Positions 51,201 through 62,584 of a stretch of DNA of 64,000 nucleotides are shown here, piece by piece. The position numbers were made by a program, and so were the translations under genes. Within the stretch, counting starts at the first letter, position 1. Each line of letters begins with the position of its first letter. The DNA comes from Antedon mediterranea (taxonomy: Eukaryota; Animalia; Echinodermata), in assembly GCF_964355755.1 (NCBI RefSeq), contig NC_092670.1:8546201-8610200 (forward strand), read 5' to 3'. The notes under the pieces are model-generated. The model made no database searches, was not told where the DNA came from, and saw only the letters and a list, made by a program, of their open reading frames with translations.

Positions 51201-53934
51201 CTCTCTTTTAGATCCTAATGCAGTTTTCAAAGCGAAGGAAGGGAATTCAGAAACAGAAGGTGCAAAAGAGATTGAAGACACCAGAGAGACAGCAATCGAT
51301 CTTCCAATTGATCAGATAGCAGCTGAAGAAGTCGATGAAGACATTGGTGGAGAGGACCTGCCTATGAAACAGGAATCCAAATCACCTGAGCCATATGTGA
51401 GGGACTCGCCAAAACGAGAAACTCCATCACCTACCAGACAGCAGCGACCAGTGTCTGATGAGGTGCCAGAAGTCGCAGAAGAGGTTCCAGATTTTTATGC
51501 CGAGGAGAAACCAAAGTCGCATTCACCGGACGATAAGGTAAACTAAAATAATTTAATTGTATCACTCTATCATAAATTAATATTCATGTCAGTTAATTTG
51601 CATGTAACATCATCTACAGCTTTCATAATCAAATTAACATAGATTTATAGTGCTTGCCTTCATATAGTGCTTACCTTCGTTCTGTGTCGCATCACTAAGT
51701 TTGCACATAGAGGTATTACGCAACTAGAGAGTAAACTGCAACTGCAATTACAGCTCAAAAAGCAAGCCACCATGTATAAGTCTACATTGCAGCTTGTTGA
51801 GCTTATGAACACGAGTGTATTAATAATTTTAATCGATTAATAACATTAATAAATTTAATAAATATAATTTTAATAATAATAAAACGATAGGATTAATTTG
51901 ATGAACGTTTTATTGTATTTTATTTGAAAAATAGGGGGTTTTCATAATATTGTTTAATTAATAATATGGCCATGTGAACTGGTTTCCCTGCCATGTTCAC
52001 ATTATTTTTTTTATTTTTTATTTAATTTATTTTCTATTATAAAGAATTACAAGATAGCTGAATACTAAACCTAACCTAAATAAAAAAAAAATGTTCTTGA
52101 TAGACGGAAGTTCTAGTGTAATAGGTTAAAGCCTTTAGCACTAGACATAACCTTTCAGTTGGCAAACGCTGTTAAAAATTATTTAATCTCTTTTCATGCT
52201 TATATAGCACCCTCTATAATGTCCCATATTGTGTCATAATTATTCTAATTTCTAATGAATTATTCATGATTTCTGCCTTAGTCTCATCATAGTAAAAAAA
52301 AATATTGCGCCTTGTTCGCATCACATTTGTCACCTATTCTTCTACTCTCTAGTTGTATATTACCTCTGCATGTAGCATAAGCAAAATGGCTTATTCACAA
52401 AATGTGTATCACAAGAATGAGCAATCGGATATTTTTGCATTGAAAAATTATAACATATCAAGGATGCTTTATTTAACCATTTTAATCATTATTGGCATTT
52501 GCAATAATATGCTATTTTCATTTCATCTGTTTTGTCTCCTTGCATTCATAGCCTGCATCTTTTATAATGGATGATGATATCGGTGAGTTTAATATGTAGC
52601 TTACTAACATTTCAAAATACTTTTTGCATCAATAAACTGTGCGATAAAAACCTACTAATTAGGCTAAAAAAATAGATTGTTTGGCATCTAGCCGCCTATA
52701 TATAGGGGAAAAAATGTTGACAATGTTTTTTTAAATACCTCCTGTGATTATTATTTGTATCACTTGAAAGAAAAATATTTTATAAAGATGAAAAAAATTA
52801 ACTAAATTGTTCCTGTGATGGCAAACAATCTTTTTTACGCTTTATCTAAACTTTAGAAAGAATAAATGTATAAATCTTAACACACAAGGATGTAAATTTG
52901 TCTTGGCTGTTGACAAACTGATCCACAGCATGGTAAGCAGGGTATACACCAAAATCAGGCTGGAGAGTGTATGTTCAGCCTCAACTTTATTGTTGTTGTA
53001 CTTTTTTGGTCTATAATCTATATCTTATTGACCAGAACCAACTACTGTGTAATGTGCATGTGATATTCATAGTGTTATATTATATTTTTTATATTGGTTA
53101 TTCACATTCAGAGTCTAAATGTGTGGGCATAACCTGTGTCTTGCAACAAACTGATCTGAGCTTTAATATTCAAAATCATATATTTATTTTCAGGAAATGA
53201 AGCAAATACAAACAACAATTCAGGAAATGAAGACAGCACAAGGTACATCGGGGAAAACCCCGAAGGGAAAGACACCACAGAATCAAACCAGTTTGAAGAA
53301 GAAACCTTTAATGAAAGAGCCTCCAAGAGCATCAGTCCAACCCAAGATGTCAACGGTGAAGACCCCATCACCCAAAGTACTAACCCCACCACCGAAAGAA
53401 CTGAGTCCCCAAGAGAGGAAATCATCCCCACCACCCAAGGTACTAACCCCACCACCGAAAGAGCTGAATCCCCAAGAGAGGAAGTCATCCCCACCACCCA
53501 AGGTACTGACCCCACCACCGAAAGAACAGAGTCCCCTAGAGAAAAAGTTATCGACGCCACCCAAGTCAGCAAGTCCCCAGATGAAGATCTCGCCAACCAT
53601 GACAAAGAATCACCCGACCAGGACTCCAACTCCCTCCCAGAGGACAACAACTCCTCTGACAAAGATACCCACACCACCACCAAACTCGAGTCCACATCCC
53701 AGGGTGACGACACCAACCGAAAAGACGACAGCCCTATTGAACGGGCCGCTAGCGACTCCTCAATCAGACAAGACTCAAGAACCGAGCGGGAGCAACCAAC
53801 CGGACAGGGAATCGACCAAGTCGTCTACTAAGCCTGTTCAAAGTGAAACTTATGACTTTGATGTTACAAAACCTTCAAATGATAATCAAAATGGAGAATT
53901 AACTAAGATGCAAGATGAGGATAATAAATCTTAA
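33071..53934 (+). CDS. DCDC2: Doublecortin domain-containing protein 2-like (two DCX domains plus a low-complexity tail)
   Basis: Phase-consistent exons 33071-33351, 34196-34262, 47575-47654, 47851-47985, 48311-48460, 48856-48895, 50160-50334, 51212-51537, 53194-53934 (664 aa). DCX1: IRVFKNGDDFYTGKRFVI..FGAVRKLHTP..YVAAGSEKFKK. DCX2: FVYRNGD..RRLYKMNG..YVAAGTERFKK. DCDC2-type motif AVFKAKE..ETEGAKEIED..IDLPIDQIAAEEVDE. Confidence 0.9.
34508..34799 (+). mobile_element. tRNA-derived CORE-like SINE with an L2-type tail
   Basis: A-box-like gtggcacagtg, B box GGTTCGAATCC, core tgtgacccttaggcaagaaactttac, and tail gtgcagcgcattgag...gcgctatataagaatgaactattattatt. Confidence 0.75.
35506..35714. mobile_element. 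hAT-like MITE
   Basis: caggccttgtctttt ... aaaagacaagacctg. The target duplication is degenerate. Confidence 0.5.
37098..39381 (+). mobile_element. 5'-truncated L2-group (Crack/Daphne-like) LINE interrupted by a Kolobok-like element
   Basis: LLFIIYINDL..FYADDTNL..WFKANKLSLNANKT..KFLGVIMD..LYKTLVLPHIQYCSLIW. Rejoining across the TTAA insertion gives the ORF end KK*YKNNLLLTYQ*. The 3'UTR ends AATAAA plus (AAACTG)n at about 39359-39382. Confidence 0.88.
37969..39109. mobile_element. Kolobok-like non-autonomous element (TTAA target)
   Basis: TTAA-aatggacctgaaatgga ... tccatttcaggtccatt-TTAA. The duplicated TTAA falls inside the last codons of the host LINE. Confidence 0.85.
41435..41710 (-). 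mobile_element. Old L2 LINE 3' remnant
   Basis: The minus strand encodes a HISPI../LHWLPI signature (about 41620-41665) and a gcgctatacaaat..ttatta-type tail. A second remnant (FSVAGPRIW, + strand) is at about 47150-47335. Confidence 0.55.
43787..45297 (-). mobile_element. Helentron/HINE (DINE-1-like) non-autonomous rolling-circle element
   Basis: Minus strand: 5' subTIR attaggttatatgca with an adjacent inverted copy, a (TTTA/TTTC)n microsatellite (45190-45248), 3' subTIR tgcatataacct, stem-loop aattcgtca-tag-tgacgaatt, and a CTAG end in a T-rich target. Confidence 0.82.
52552..52582 (+). other. Candidate 31-nt frame-shifting cassette exon of the DCDC2-like gene (PASFIMDDDI+G)
   Basis: Pyrimidine-rich acceptor ttttcatttcatctgttttgtctccttgcattcatag and consensus donor G|GTGAGT. 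Phase 0 in, phase 1 out. Confidence 0.6.
53194..53831 (+). CDS. Alternative reading frame of the DCDC2-like terminal exon: 212-aa acidic tail
   Basis: Codons from 53196 are stop-free until TAA at 53829-53831: GNEANTNNNSGNEDSTRYIGENPEGKDTTESNQFEEETFNE...DEDLANHDKESPDQDSNSLPEDNNSSDKD...GQGIDQVVY*. Confidence 0.55.
53362..53565 (+). repeat. Three 63-bp coding tandem repeats in the terminal exon
   Basis: Reads (S)PPPKVLTPPPKELSPQERKS in one frame and IPTTQGTNPTTERTESPREE in the other. Confidence 0.92.
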
Positions 53935-54131
53935 TTATTATAGGTTCTTTTAATAAATGTTTTAAATCTCAATAATAGCAGAATAATACTGCATTGTAAA
54001 TTGTGAATATAATTGTAAATAAGAGATATGAGGTTCAAGTTCAATTGTCTATGTTTTTATTGGAATTTTAATGTATTTTAAAGATGTATTGTTCTCTACA
54101 AAATTTACCAAATGACAAATGCTTGATTGTT

Positions 54132-54219
54132 AAAGCTTAGTTCCAACTAGGACATAAGTGCAACTTCACCAATTTCGAGGGATCATCATTAATCATGTCC
54201 TAGTGGGAACCAAGTTTTA
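54132..54219. mobile_element. Short Harbinger-like MITE
   Basis: aaagcttagttccaactaggacat ... atgtcctagtgggaaccaagtttt. Confidence 0.6.
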
Positions 54220-56694
54220 GTAGGTATAAAAGTTTATCAATTTAAACATAGAAATGTGTGTTATATTGTGTAAAATTGTTTACCTCAAATTCTGTATAGT
54301 ATGGCTTTTATTTACCGTATTTATAAATTTTTTTTCTTTTTGGTTTTTTTTTTCCTTCCACCTATATAATATATATTATATAATTTTAGTTTCTGATACT
54401 GTAACCCTTTTCAATATATTTTTATACCTGTACTTTGTACATCTTGTCTGTCCGAATTTTAGAACTAGCTCTTTGCTGCTCCTCTTTTCCTGTGAAAATG
54501 CTTTTTTTTTTATAAAAATAAAATAACCTAAAATTAATTGTGTTTTTTTATAAATTTTGAAGTATTTTAATCTGTGCTAGTACTGGTTACTAATACAGTG
54601 ATGCATTTTGAACTCTTTTTTTTAAAAACAATTTTATTTTATTGTATTTTATTTTTAACATTTCTTTTTAACTAAAGTGCTTTTCAATCCCACCTATTTG
54701 CTTACTCTCCCAGTCAGTCCCTAACATTTTCTAACTACTTTACAAACAGTTTTTATTTTTTGTTATTAATTGTATTTAATGTTTGTTATGAGAATTATTA
54801 TAAAATCTTAATTTCTATGGTAACCTCACCTTTAAAATAATTACTATTAGACTGCTTTAGTAATATTTTTTTTAGATGTAAAAACGTTGTGTTTTTCAAA
54901 TCATATTTGGGTTTTTTTGTCAAGAAAAGCCTGAAATAAGTTATAGCTGTTTCTATTACTTTATTTTGTTTGTGATAAAAATCATTCAGATCCTCATAAT
55001 TAAAATTTAAAAATCCATATCCTACCCTAAAATAGTCTTGCCTAATAAACAGCATTGTAATTGTTTAAAGTTGAATGCGCAATATTATGATTATTATATT
55101 GTAGATAGTTGTATATAAGAATTCTAATAATCGGCCTAAAGATAAAATGAAATGTTTTCAAACAGTATTATTGTACATGATGCTGTTGTAAACAAATATT
55201 GTAGCAGAACCTTATTATTAGAAAGACAAATTTGTGATTAGGAACCGTTTCTCCTTGTGGCTTTCCTTACAAGAACCGTGTTTTCCTTAATATGCTCTCC
55301 GATTGTCCCATTGATATGTTTGCAGTTTTAAGGTCCGTTTACACAAAGACGATAAACAATGGTGATAGATAGATTTTTATCTATTTATCTTCGTTCTTTA
55401 TCATCCTAGTATAAACAGGCCTTTAAACTAGTTTGACCTGGTTTCACACGTAAAGTGTGCCATTTCAAAGCAATGTGTTTAATTTACTAAATTGTGTTGA
55501 GAATAGGATGCAGTTGTTAATGTTATTTCGTGCACCACTTCAAAAATTACAAACTACTGTATTGAACATTATATTGCTTTAACATCAGCATCCATTACTG
55601 TTAGATCACTGCAGATAAGTGTAGTACTCAAAACCTAATCTGTCTACATTATCAAACTATGGACCAAAAAAGTGTGATTTACCCAAATATGGTAGTGATA
55701 TGACATTATCATGTCCATATATGGGCACATCACATTTTGTTGTCACATAAAGTTTGATATAGTGTAGTCAGAGCTTTAGAAAACATTTATGCAGTGCTTA
55801 CTTAATTGTGACGCTAAGTTGAATATTAAGATAGTTCTCTGTGAATTATATTATTTTTGTATACATGTGTTCATTTTTTAAATACAAAAACGTTTTTCAT
55901 GTTCTCCAAAATGCATTTAAAAAAAGACATCCGTGCGTTTAAAAATTAACTTAGAATTCCCCACACCATTTTACCATTGTACATTATAATAAAAGCCTCT
56001 TTCTTTTTTATGAAACTGTTTTTTAAAAATCTGTACAGTATTCCTCAAAAGTAAAAACGTTGTTCCAATCCAAGAAAAGAAACTCAGTCAATCGTTTATA
56101 ACTATGTATTTCATGCAGTACAATATACAATACTGCTACTGTAGTAATTTAATAGGTTTGTTTATTGTTAAATAAGTCTCAATGGTTACGAGTCCACCAC
56201 AATTAATAGTAAATAAATCCGTATACTTTTTAAAGGACATATTAGCATAATTCTACATGGGTAGGTAAAATTGTTGCACATTACTGTATGTACAGTTATT
56301 GGATACTCCCCTGTGCACACTAAATTGTAAGGCATCACTGCATCATGTCAGTAGTTTGATGCGTTTTCGTGAAAAAATGATTCTTTATAAATAATATGCG
56401 AGTACACTTACATGAAGTGTGCTTTCATTTATACGGTAATATTATTGTTTTCTTGACAAAAAATATATCTTTGTAATAAATCGCTCATTGTGTGTTGAAA
56501 TAATATGTACCGTTTTTTGTTGTTGTTTTGGTATAAGTAGTATTTTATTGATATTACGCTCATAGGCGACATGAGAATTATACGGCCCTAATAGTGCCAA
56601 CGTATAGTAGACAACTTGGGGATGACTTGAGGATAACCATAGTAACCCACATGACAATTTTGTAATTTATAAATGGCTTCTTTTAAGATTTAGA

Positions 56695-58148
56695 AAAGTT
56701 GAGTTTCAGCATCACATCATCTGCATCTTTTAGAAGAGTCCAATTCCTGGATCTGGTCATCCGCATCTTTTAGAAGAGTTCAGTTCCTGGATCTGATCAT
56801 CCGCATCTTTTAGAAGAGTTCAGTTCCTGGATCTGATCATCTGCATCTTTTAGAAGAGTTCAGTTCCTGGACCTGGTCATCCGCATCTTTTAGAAGAGTC
56901 CAATTCCTGGATCTGGTCATCCGCATCTTTTAGAAGAGTTCAGTTCCTGGATCTGATCATCCGCATCTTTTAGAAGAGTTCAGTTCCTGGATCTGATCAT
57001 CTGCATCTTTTAGAAGAGTTCAGTTCCTGGACCTGGTCATCCGCATCTTTTAGAAGAGTTCAGTTCCTGGACCTGGTCATCCGCATCTTTTAGAAGAGTT
57101 CAGTTCCTGGATCTGATCATCCGCATCTTTTAGAAGAGTTCAGTTCCTGGATCTGATCATCTGCATCTTTTAGAAGAGTTCAGTTCCTGGACCTGGTCAT
57201 CCGCATCTTTTAGAAGAGTTCAGTTCCTGGATCTGATCATCCACATCTTTTAGAAGAGTTCAGTTCCTGGATCTGGTCATCTGCATCTTTTAGAAGAGTT
57301 CAGTTCCTGGATCTGGTCATCCGCATCTTTTAGAAGAGTTCAGTTCCTGGATCTGGTCATCTGCATCTTTTAGAAGAGTTCAGTTCCTGGATCTGGTCAT
57401 CCGCATCTTTTAGAAGAGTTCAGTTCCTGGATCTGATCATCCGCATCTTTTAGAAGAGTTCAGTTCCTGGATCTGGTCATCCGCATCTTTTAGAAGAGTT
57501 CAGTTCCTGGATCTGGTCATCCGCATCTTTTAGAAGAGTTGAGTTCTTGGATCTGGTCATCTGCATCTTTTAGAAGAGTTGAGTTCCTGGATCTGGTCAT
57601 CCGCATCTTTAGAAGAGTTCAGTTCCTGGATCTGGTAATCTGCATCTTTTAGAAGAGTTCAGTTCCTGGATCTGGTCATCCCATCTTCCGCATCTTTTAA
57701 AAGAGTTCAGTTCCTGGACCTGGTCATCCGCATCTTTTAGAAGAGTTCAGTTCCTGGATCTGGTCATCCGCATCTTTTAGAAGAGTTCAGTTCCTGGATC
57801 TGGTCATCCACATCTTTTAGAAGAGTTGAGTTGTTGGATCTGGTCATCTGCATCTTTTAGAAGAGTTGAGTTCTTGGATCTGGTCATCCGCATCTTTTAG
57901 AAGAGTTCAGTTCCTGGATCTGGTCATCTGCATCTCTAGAAGAGAGAAGAGTTGAGTTCTTGGATCTGGTCATCCACATCTTTTAAGAGTCGAGTTCCTG
58001 TATCTGGTCATCCGTATATTTTTAAAAGAGTTGAGTTTCTGGATCTCGTCATATCTGCATCTTTTGAAGAGTTAAGTTCTGGTATCTGGTCATGTCCGCA
58101 TTTTTTAGTTGAGTTGAGTTCCTGTATCTCGTCATCCGCATCTTTTAG
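56695..58148. repeat. 40-bp tandem satellite/minisatellite (about 35 units)
   Basis: Unit ccgcatcttttagaagagttcagttcctggatctggtcat; homogeneous on the left and degenerate after about 57940. Confidence 0.98.
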
Positions 58149-59700
58149 TTCAGTTAATTAGTTATTACCAACTAAAGCTAAAAGTAAATTATGTTCATAA
58201 GATATTTTATGGAAAATCAGTAGCTTATTTGACTGATAAGTTTAAAAGATTTTCATCTAACCACCATTACTACTAGAAGTAGTGTTAGTGTTTTTTTAGT
58301 TCCTAAATCTGCATAAAGGCTTGGAATAACCTAACTCAATCCATTCAGCAAATTGGAAAAGTGTTAAATTACATAAAAGAAAAATAAGCTTTTTGGAAAG
58401 TCTTTTATAAATGTAGTATTTGTAATGTCAGTAATTTATTTGATCACTTTTTGATTTTGATGATGAGTTTCCTAATAAATTCAAATCACATCAAAGTTCC
58501 ATGATTTACCGTGCCATGCATAATTTTGTTTATTACACAGAAAAATCATTTACAAGAGCCATTGGAAAGAATTTAAACAGGAAAACACGACAGTTATGCC
58601 TATCGAAATAACAACTCCAAAACATGTATGTATAAAACAATTAAAATCAATGCATGCTATCTCTAAATCTCTGTCTATAGGCCTACTATCAAACTTTGAA
58701 AAAAGTGTGCTAATATGGTAGTTATAAGACATCATCGTGTTCATATATGGGCACATCACAATTTTTGTCACATAGAGCTTTAGGCCTATTCAGCAAATGA
58801 GTGATAGATCTATACATTTGTTTTAATGTATGTAGGCTGCTGTGGTCCTATAACTAATAATAATTAGATTTAAGACAGGAATTAGGCCCTATACGATAGG
58901 CCTATAATAGTAGACGATACTGTATTTTATGAATGATTCTCTGTTTGTCACAAGCCCGGTGCCGGTCACAAGCTTTTAAGCTAGCGCAAAAAGCTTAGGA
59001 CTTTAAAAGGTCCTAAACGGCGCCCCGTACTAAAATCAATAAAAAAAAAATGCGCTGGATATAGAAAAATATAATGTAATTGTTGTTTGTTGGTTACGCT
59101 TGGCTGCCTTCATTGTTTATTCCAAGGCACTCTTTCGTCGTCCCGTGTGTCGTGTAAAAACAGTATGATCCTGATAAATACTGTACATGTTATACCTACA
59201 TTTGTGATTATTAAACGGACGCAGATATCTTGAAAATCATTGGAGAACTAATAATACTACACGTGCGGTGAGTTAACATTAACTAGGCTAGGCCTAACTG
59301 CCTTTTTATTCGGATAAGGAATGGAGATTAGGGCTGATCATGGAGGTACTGTATAACATTTTAAAATGATATACCTCAATGGTCTGATCCTTCTATTCAA
59401 CACGAATTTCGTTCAACACGGAAGCCATCTTGCAGATTGTATAGCAAGAAAGGCCAGGGCCTACCTCAAAATTAAACTAAATTAAAAGTCGAATATATTG
59501 TACACTGAAAGTGCAAATTATATTCATCTTCATTAAGTGCAATACATTCGACTTAAGTGCAATCATTGAATCAATTTTATTTTGAATATTCCATTTTAAT
59601 GTAACATATTATAGTTATCCACTTTGACCAAAAATTTGATTGAAAAAAAAATGTATTTACCTGAAAAAAAGTAATTTAAAGCAAAAAATGGCAAATTGGC

Positions 59701-60535
59701 TTAAATTTAACGCTGTGGCTAAAGATACGGTACCGTATTCTAACTTCTGTTTACTAAAGGTACGGTAAAATTGCATTACGTCATAATCAGCCAATGGGGT
59801 TCTGGTACGTGTGTGACGTCATCGTATAAGGACTTTTGATTTTTTTTCATATCGCGTCTGTTGTATCAAAGATAGTGTAGTAGCTACTACACTATCTTTG
59901 GTTGTATGTAGAGAATTCCTGTCGGCGGCGCCAGGCTGCATGGATGTGTGTGTGCGCTGATGAGGGATTTATATTTATTCCAAATAGCTTTTAGGCCTAT
60001 ATTTTTTATTAAACTTTGTTTACAATGGTGACGATAAACAACAAGCAAATGCGGACAATAAAGGGGCCCTCAAATACTATGATTTTTAGACAGTAGCCCC
60101 AGGGCTGAGTCACAGAAATCAGCGCACACATGCAGCTGGCCCCAACCTGGCATCGCTTTCCCTACACAAACAAACTCATATAATGAAGTTATAGTACGTA
60201 CCGGTAGTAAGTAGGCCTAGGCCTCTTTTGAAACGGTTTTCTGTATTCTAGAATTAAAATCAACATGTTTTGGCTTTTCAATAATAATAACAGACGTAGG
60301 CTACATTTAGTTTTTTGTCACACACGACGGCGATAATAGCGATAAATGAAGCATAAAGACAATGCGGTTGATCACTGTTTTCGCGATATGAAAAAAATCC
60401 AAAGTCCTTATACGATGACGTGACACACGTACCAGCACCCCATTGGCTGGTTATGACGTAATGCAATTTTACCGTACCTTTAGTAAACAGAAGTTAGAAT
60501 ACGGTACCGTATCTTTAGCCACGGCGTAAATTTAA
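59701..60535. mobile_element. MITE with ~155-bp terminal inverted repeats
   Basis: ttaaatttaacgctgtggctaaagatacggtaccgtattct...catatcgcg (59701-59856) is mirrored at about 60381-60535. Confidence 0.88.
59867..59900. mobile_element. 34-bp perfect palindrome with 7-bp target duplication (probable P-superfamily excision footprint)
   Basis: GTTGTAT-caaagatagtgtagtag|ctactacactatctttg-GTTGTAT. Confidence 0.8.
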
Positions 60536-61414
60536 TCATATGTTGTCAGTGAAAACATTTTTTTTTTTCGGTTTTTTTTTCTATGGAAGTGATTAACTTT
60601 AAATATTAAAACTACAAAATAACATATTCAAAGTCTGATTTAATTAATCTTCATTTTTCATGTTTTTGGGGGACAATACATCTTTAACAGCAGTTGAATT
60701 ACACTTAATTGAATTAAATCTAATTGTATCCTATAGTCTACTGTAAGTACTGTACAAGTTGGTCATCAAAGTTAACTCTACCTTAATTGTATTCAACTTA
60801 ACTGCAATTTTCCACAATTGGAATTAAGTGTAGGCATTGGTAAGTTTTTTGTCTTTCCATTAAGTAAAGATTGGGTGTTGAGGGTTTCAAACAATTTAAC
60901 AACAAAACATATACATACATTTGTTCATACTTAGTATGACTACTGTACTTTAGAAGAGATTGTGTTCTTCAAGTTCTTTTTTTTTCACAATAGACAAAGG
61001 TTTGTCATCTGTGCATTCACTAAGTGTTCCACATACCGTTACGCCAACTTGGACAATGTACAGTAGTACTTATACAAATAATACAACTGAATAACTGATA
61101 CTTGAGGTATAACAATATTATTTTGACAATAATGTAATTTGATTAACAAAGCAAAAAGTAATGCATTCGTAAAAACTACAACAATTGCCAGGCCGTATAC
61201 CCAGAAGGCGGTACACGACATAAACAGCCTGATTGACATGACTACATAATTGTATTTTTTTCCATCACGAAAAAAAAGAATGCGTTTTAACTACAAATTA
61301 TGTAATGAATAATAAAGTTAAAATGGTTCATTAAAAAAAATCTGCAGTACTGTAGGAAGCCTGCAGACTGCAGTAGGAAAAAGCTTTCACCATGTAGAAT
61401 GCCCTCCATCTTTG

Positions 61415-62540
61415 GGGGTGTCACGAAACCTAAGACCGCGAAAGCTAAGACCCCCTAAGACCTAAGATCACGAAAGCTAAGACCCAAGACCTAAGATTAC
61501 AAATTCTAAGATATACTACTACAGCTTAAAAACAATACTTGTTTATTCATACATAATTTTAAACACAGTAGGTTTCATTTATTACCATAAATATAATTTA
61601 ATACTACCGCAAAACATAGATAAACTCACATTATTTTCGCCCGTTGAGTAAATGTATATTTTTTCTTTACAACAAACAAACTTGACAGGTTGTTTGTTGG
61701 TATATATTTACTCCATTGTGTTGGTCCAGAGGATGTTTTTCTTACGCACCTGCCTTTCTTGTATTTTTACTCCAAATTTGCTGACTAACTTTATCCTGAA
61801 TACCACACTTTAAAATTAGGACTTAATTATAAGTACTTTCAGAAGGAGAAACACATAAAAACAAATAAATAAATCCTTTAAATTTATGATTTTACAGACG
61901 TGTTTCTTTGTATACTGTAACTTCTCGAGCTCCCCATGGAGGTATAAAAATATCTATTTTTATACCTCCATGAGCTCCCCATGCTCAATGTTTTTGTTTC
62001 TATGGAGCGCCAAAAGAGCAACAATAATAGTACATGTATAAAAACAGAAAGAAAACGAAACAAAAAAACTTATCATGATTTTTAAATTAAAATTTATTTG
62101 CCAGTATTTATTTCTTCGTACTTGCATGATTATACTATTATCATTACAATTTTAATTTTACATTGTTCCATCCACACTGTAGATGGACTCCACAGAGTTT
62201 TCAGCCCTCTATATAATTGTTGCTCTTTTGACGTTCCATAGAAACAAAAACATTGAACATACTGTATGGGGTAGGCCTACTGTACTGTAGGCTAGTCATT
62301 TTGTGTTCGAGAAAAACGTCTTTATATCATTTTAAAAATGTATTTGTTACTTTTTATGTGATTCTCTTTCATGAAAGTGCCAATTCTAAGGTGTGGTATT
62401 CAGAATAAATGTTGGGAGTTAAAATACAAGGCAGGTGCGAAAGATATATATTTGTAATCTTAGGTCTTGGGTCTTAGCTTTCGTGATCTTAGGTCTTAGG
62501 GGGGTCTTAGCTTTCGTGGTCTTAGGTTTCGTGACACCCC
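61415..62540. mobile_element. MULE/Merlin-like foldback MITE
   Basis: ggggtgtcacgaaacctaagacc ... ggtcttaggtttcgtgacacccc, with (c)catctttg(g) duplicated (8-10 bp) and further imperfect inverted segments inside. Confidence 0.85.
61935..61972. mobile_element. 38-bp hairpin with 7-bp target duplication (probable P-superfamily excision footprint)
   Basis: AGCTCCC-catggaggtataaaaata-tc-tatttttatacctccatg-AGCTCCC. Confidence 0.8.
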
Positions 62541-62584
62541 CATCTTTGGGCATTATTATGAGCAATCTTGGTATACTTTAGCAG

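Noticed and set aside
53108-53716. 202-aa and 105-aa antisense ORFs over the DCDC2 last exon
   Set aside because: These are shadow frames of a low-complexity repetitive exon, with non-ATG starts in the track and no splice or promoter support on the minus strand.
56695-58148. CRISPR-like regular repeat array
   Set aside because: The 40-bp units are head-to-tail with no unique spacers, there are no cas genes, and the context is eukaryotic. It is a satellite, and 40 bp is not a codon multiple.
54077-60687. One 6.6-kb Kolobok element from ttaaagatgtattgtt (54077) to gggacaatacatctttaa (60687)
   Set aside because: The left match is short and degenerate and sits in the DCDC2 3' region, and the interior shows no coherent element. 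They are more likely independent fragments.
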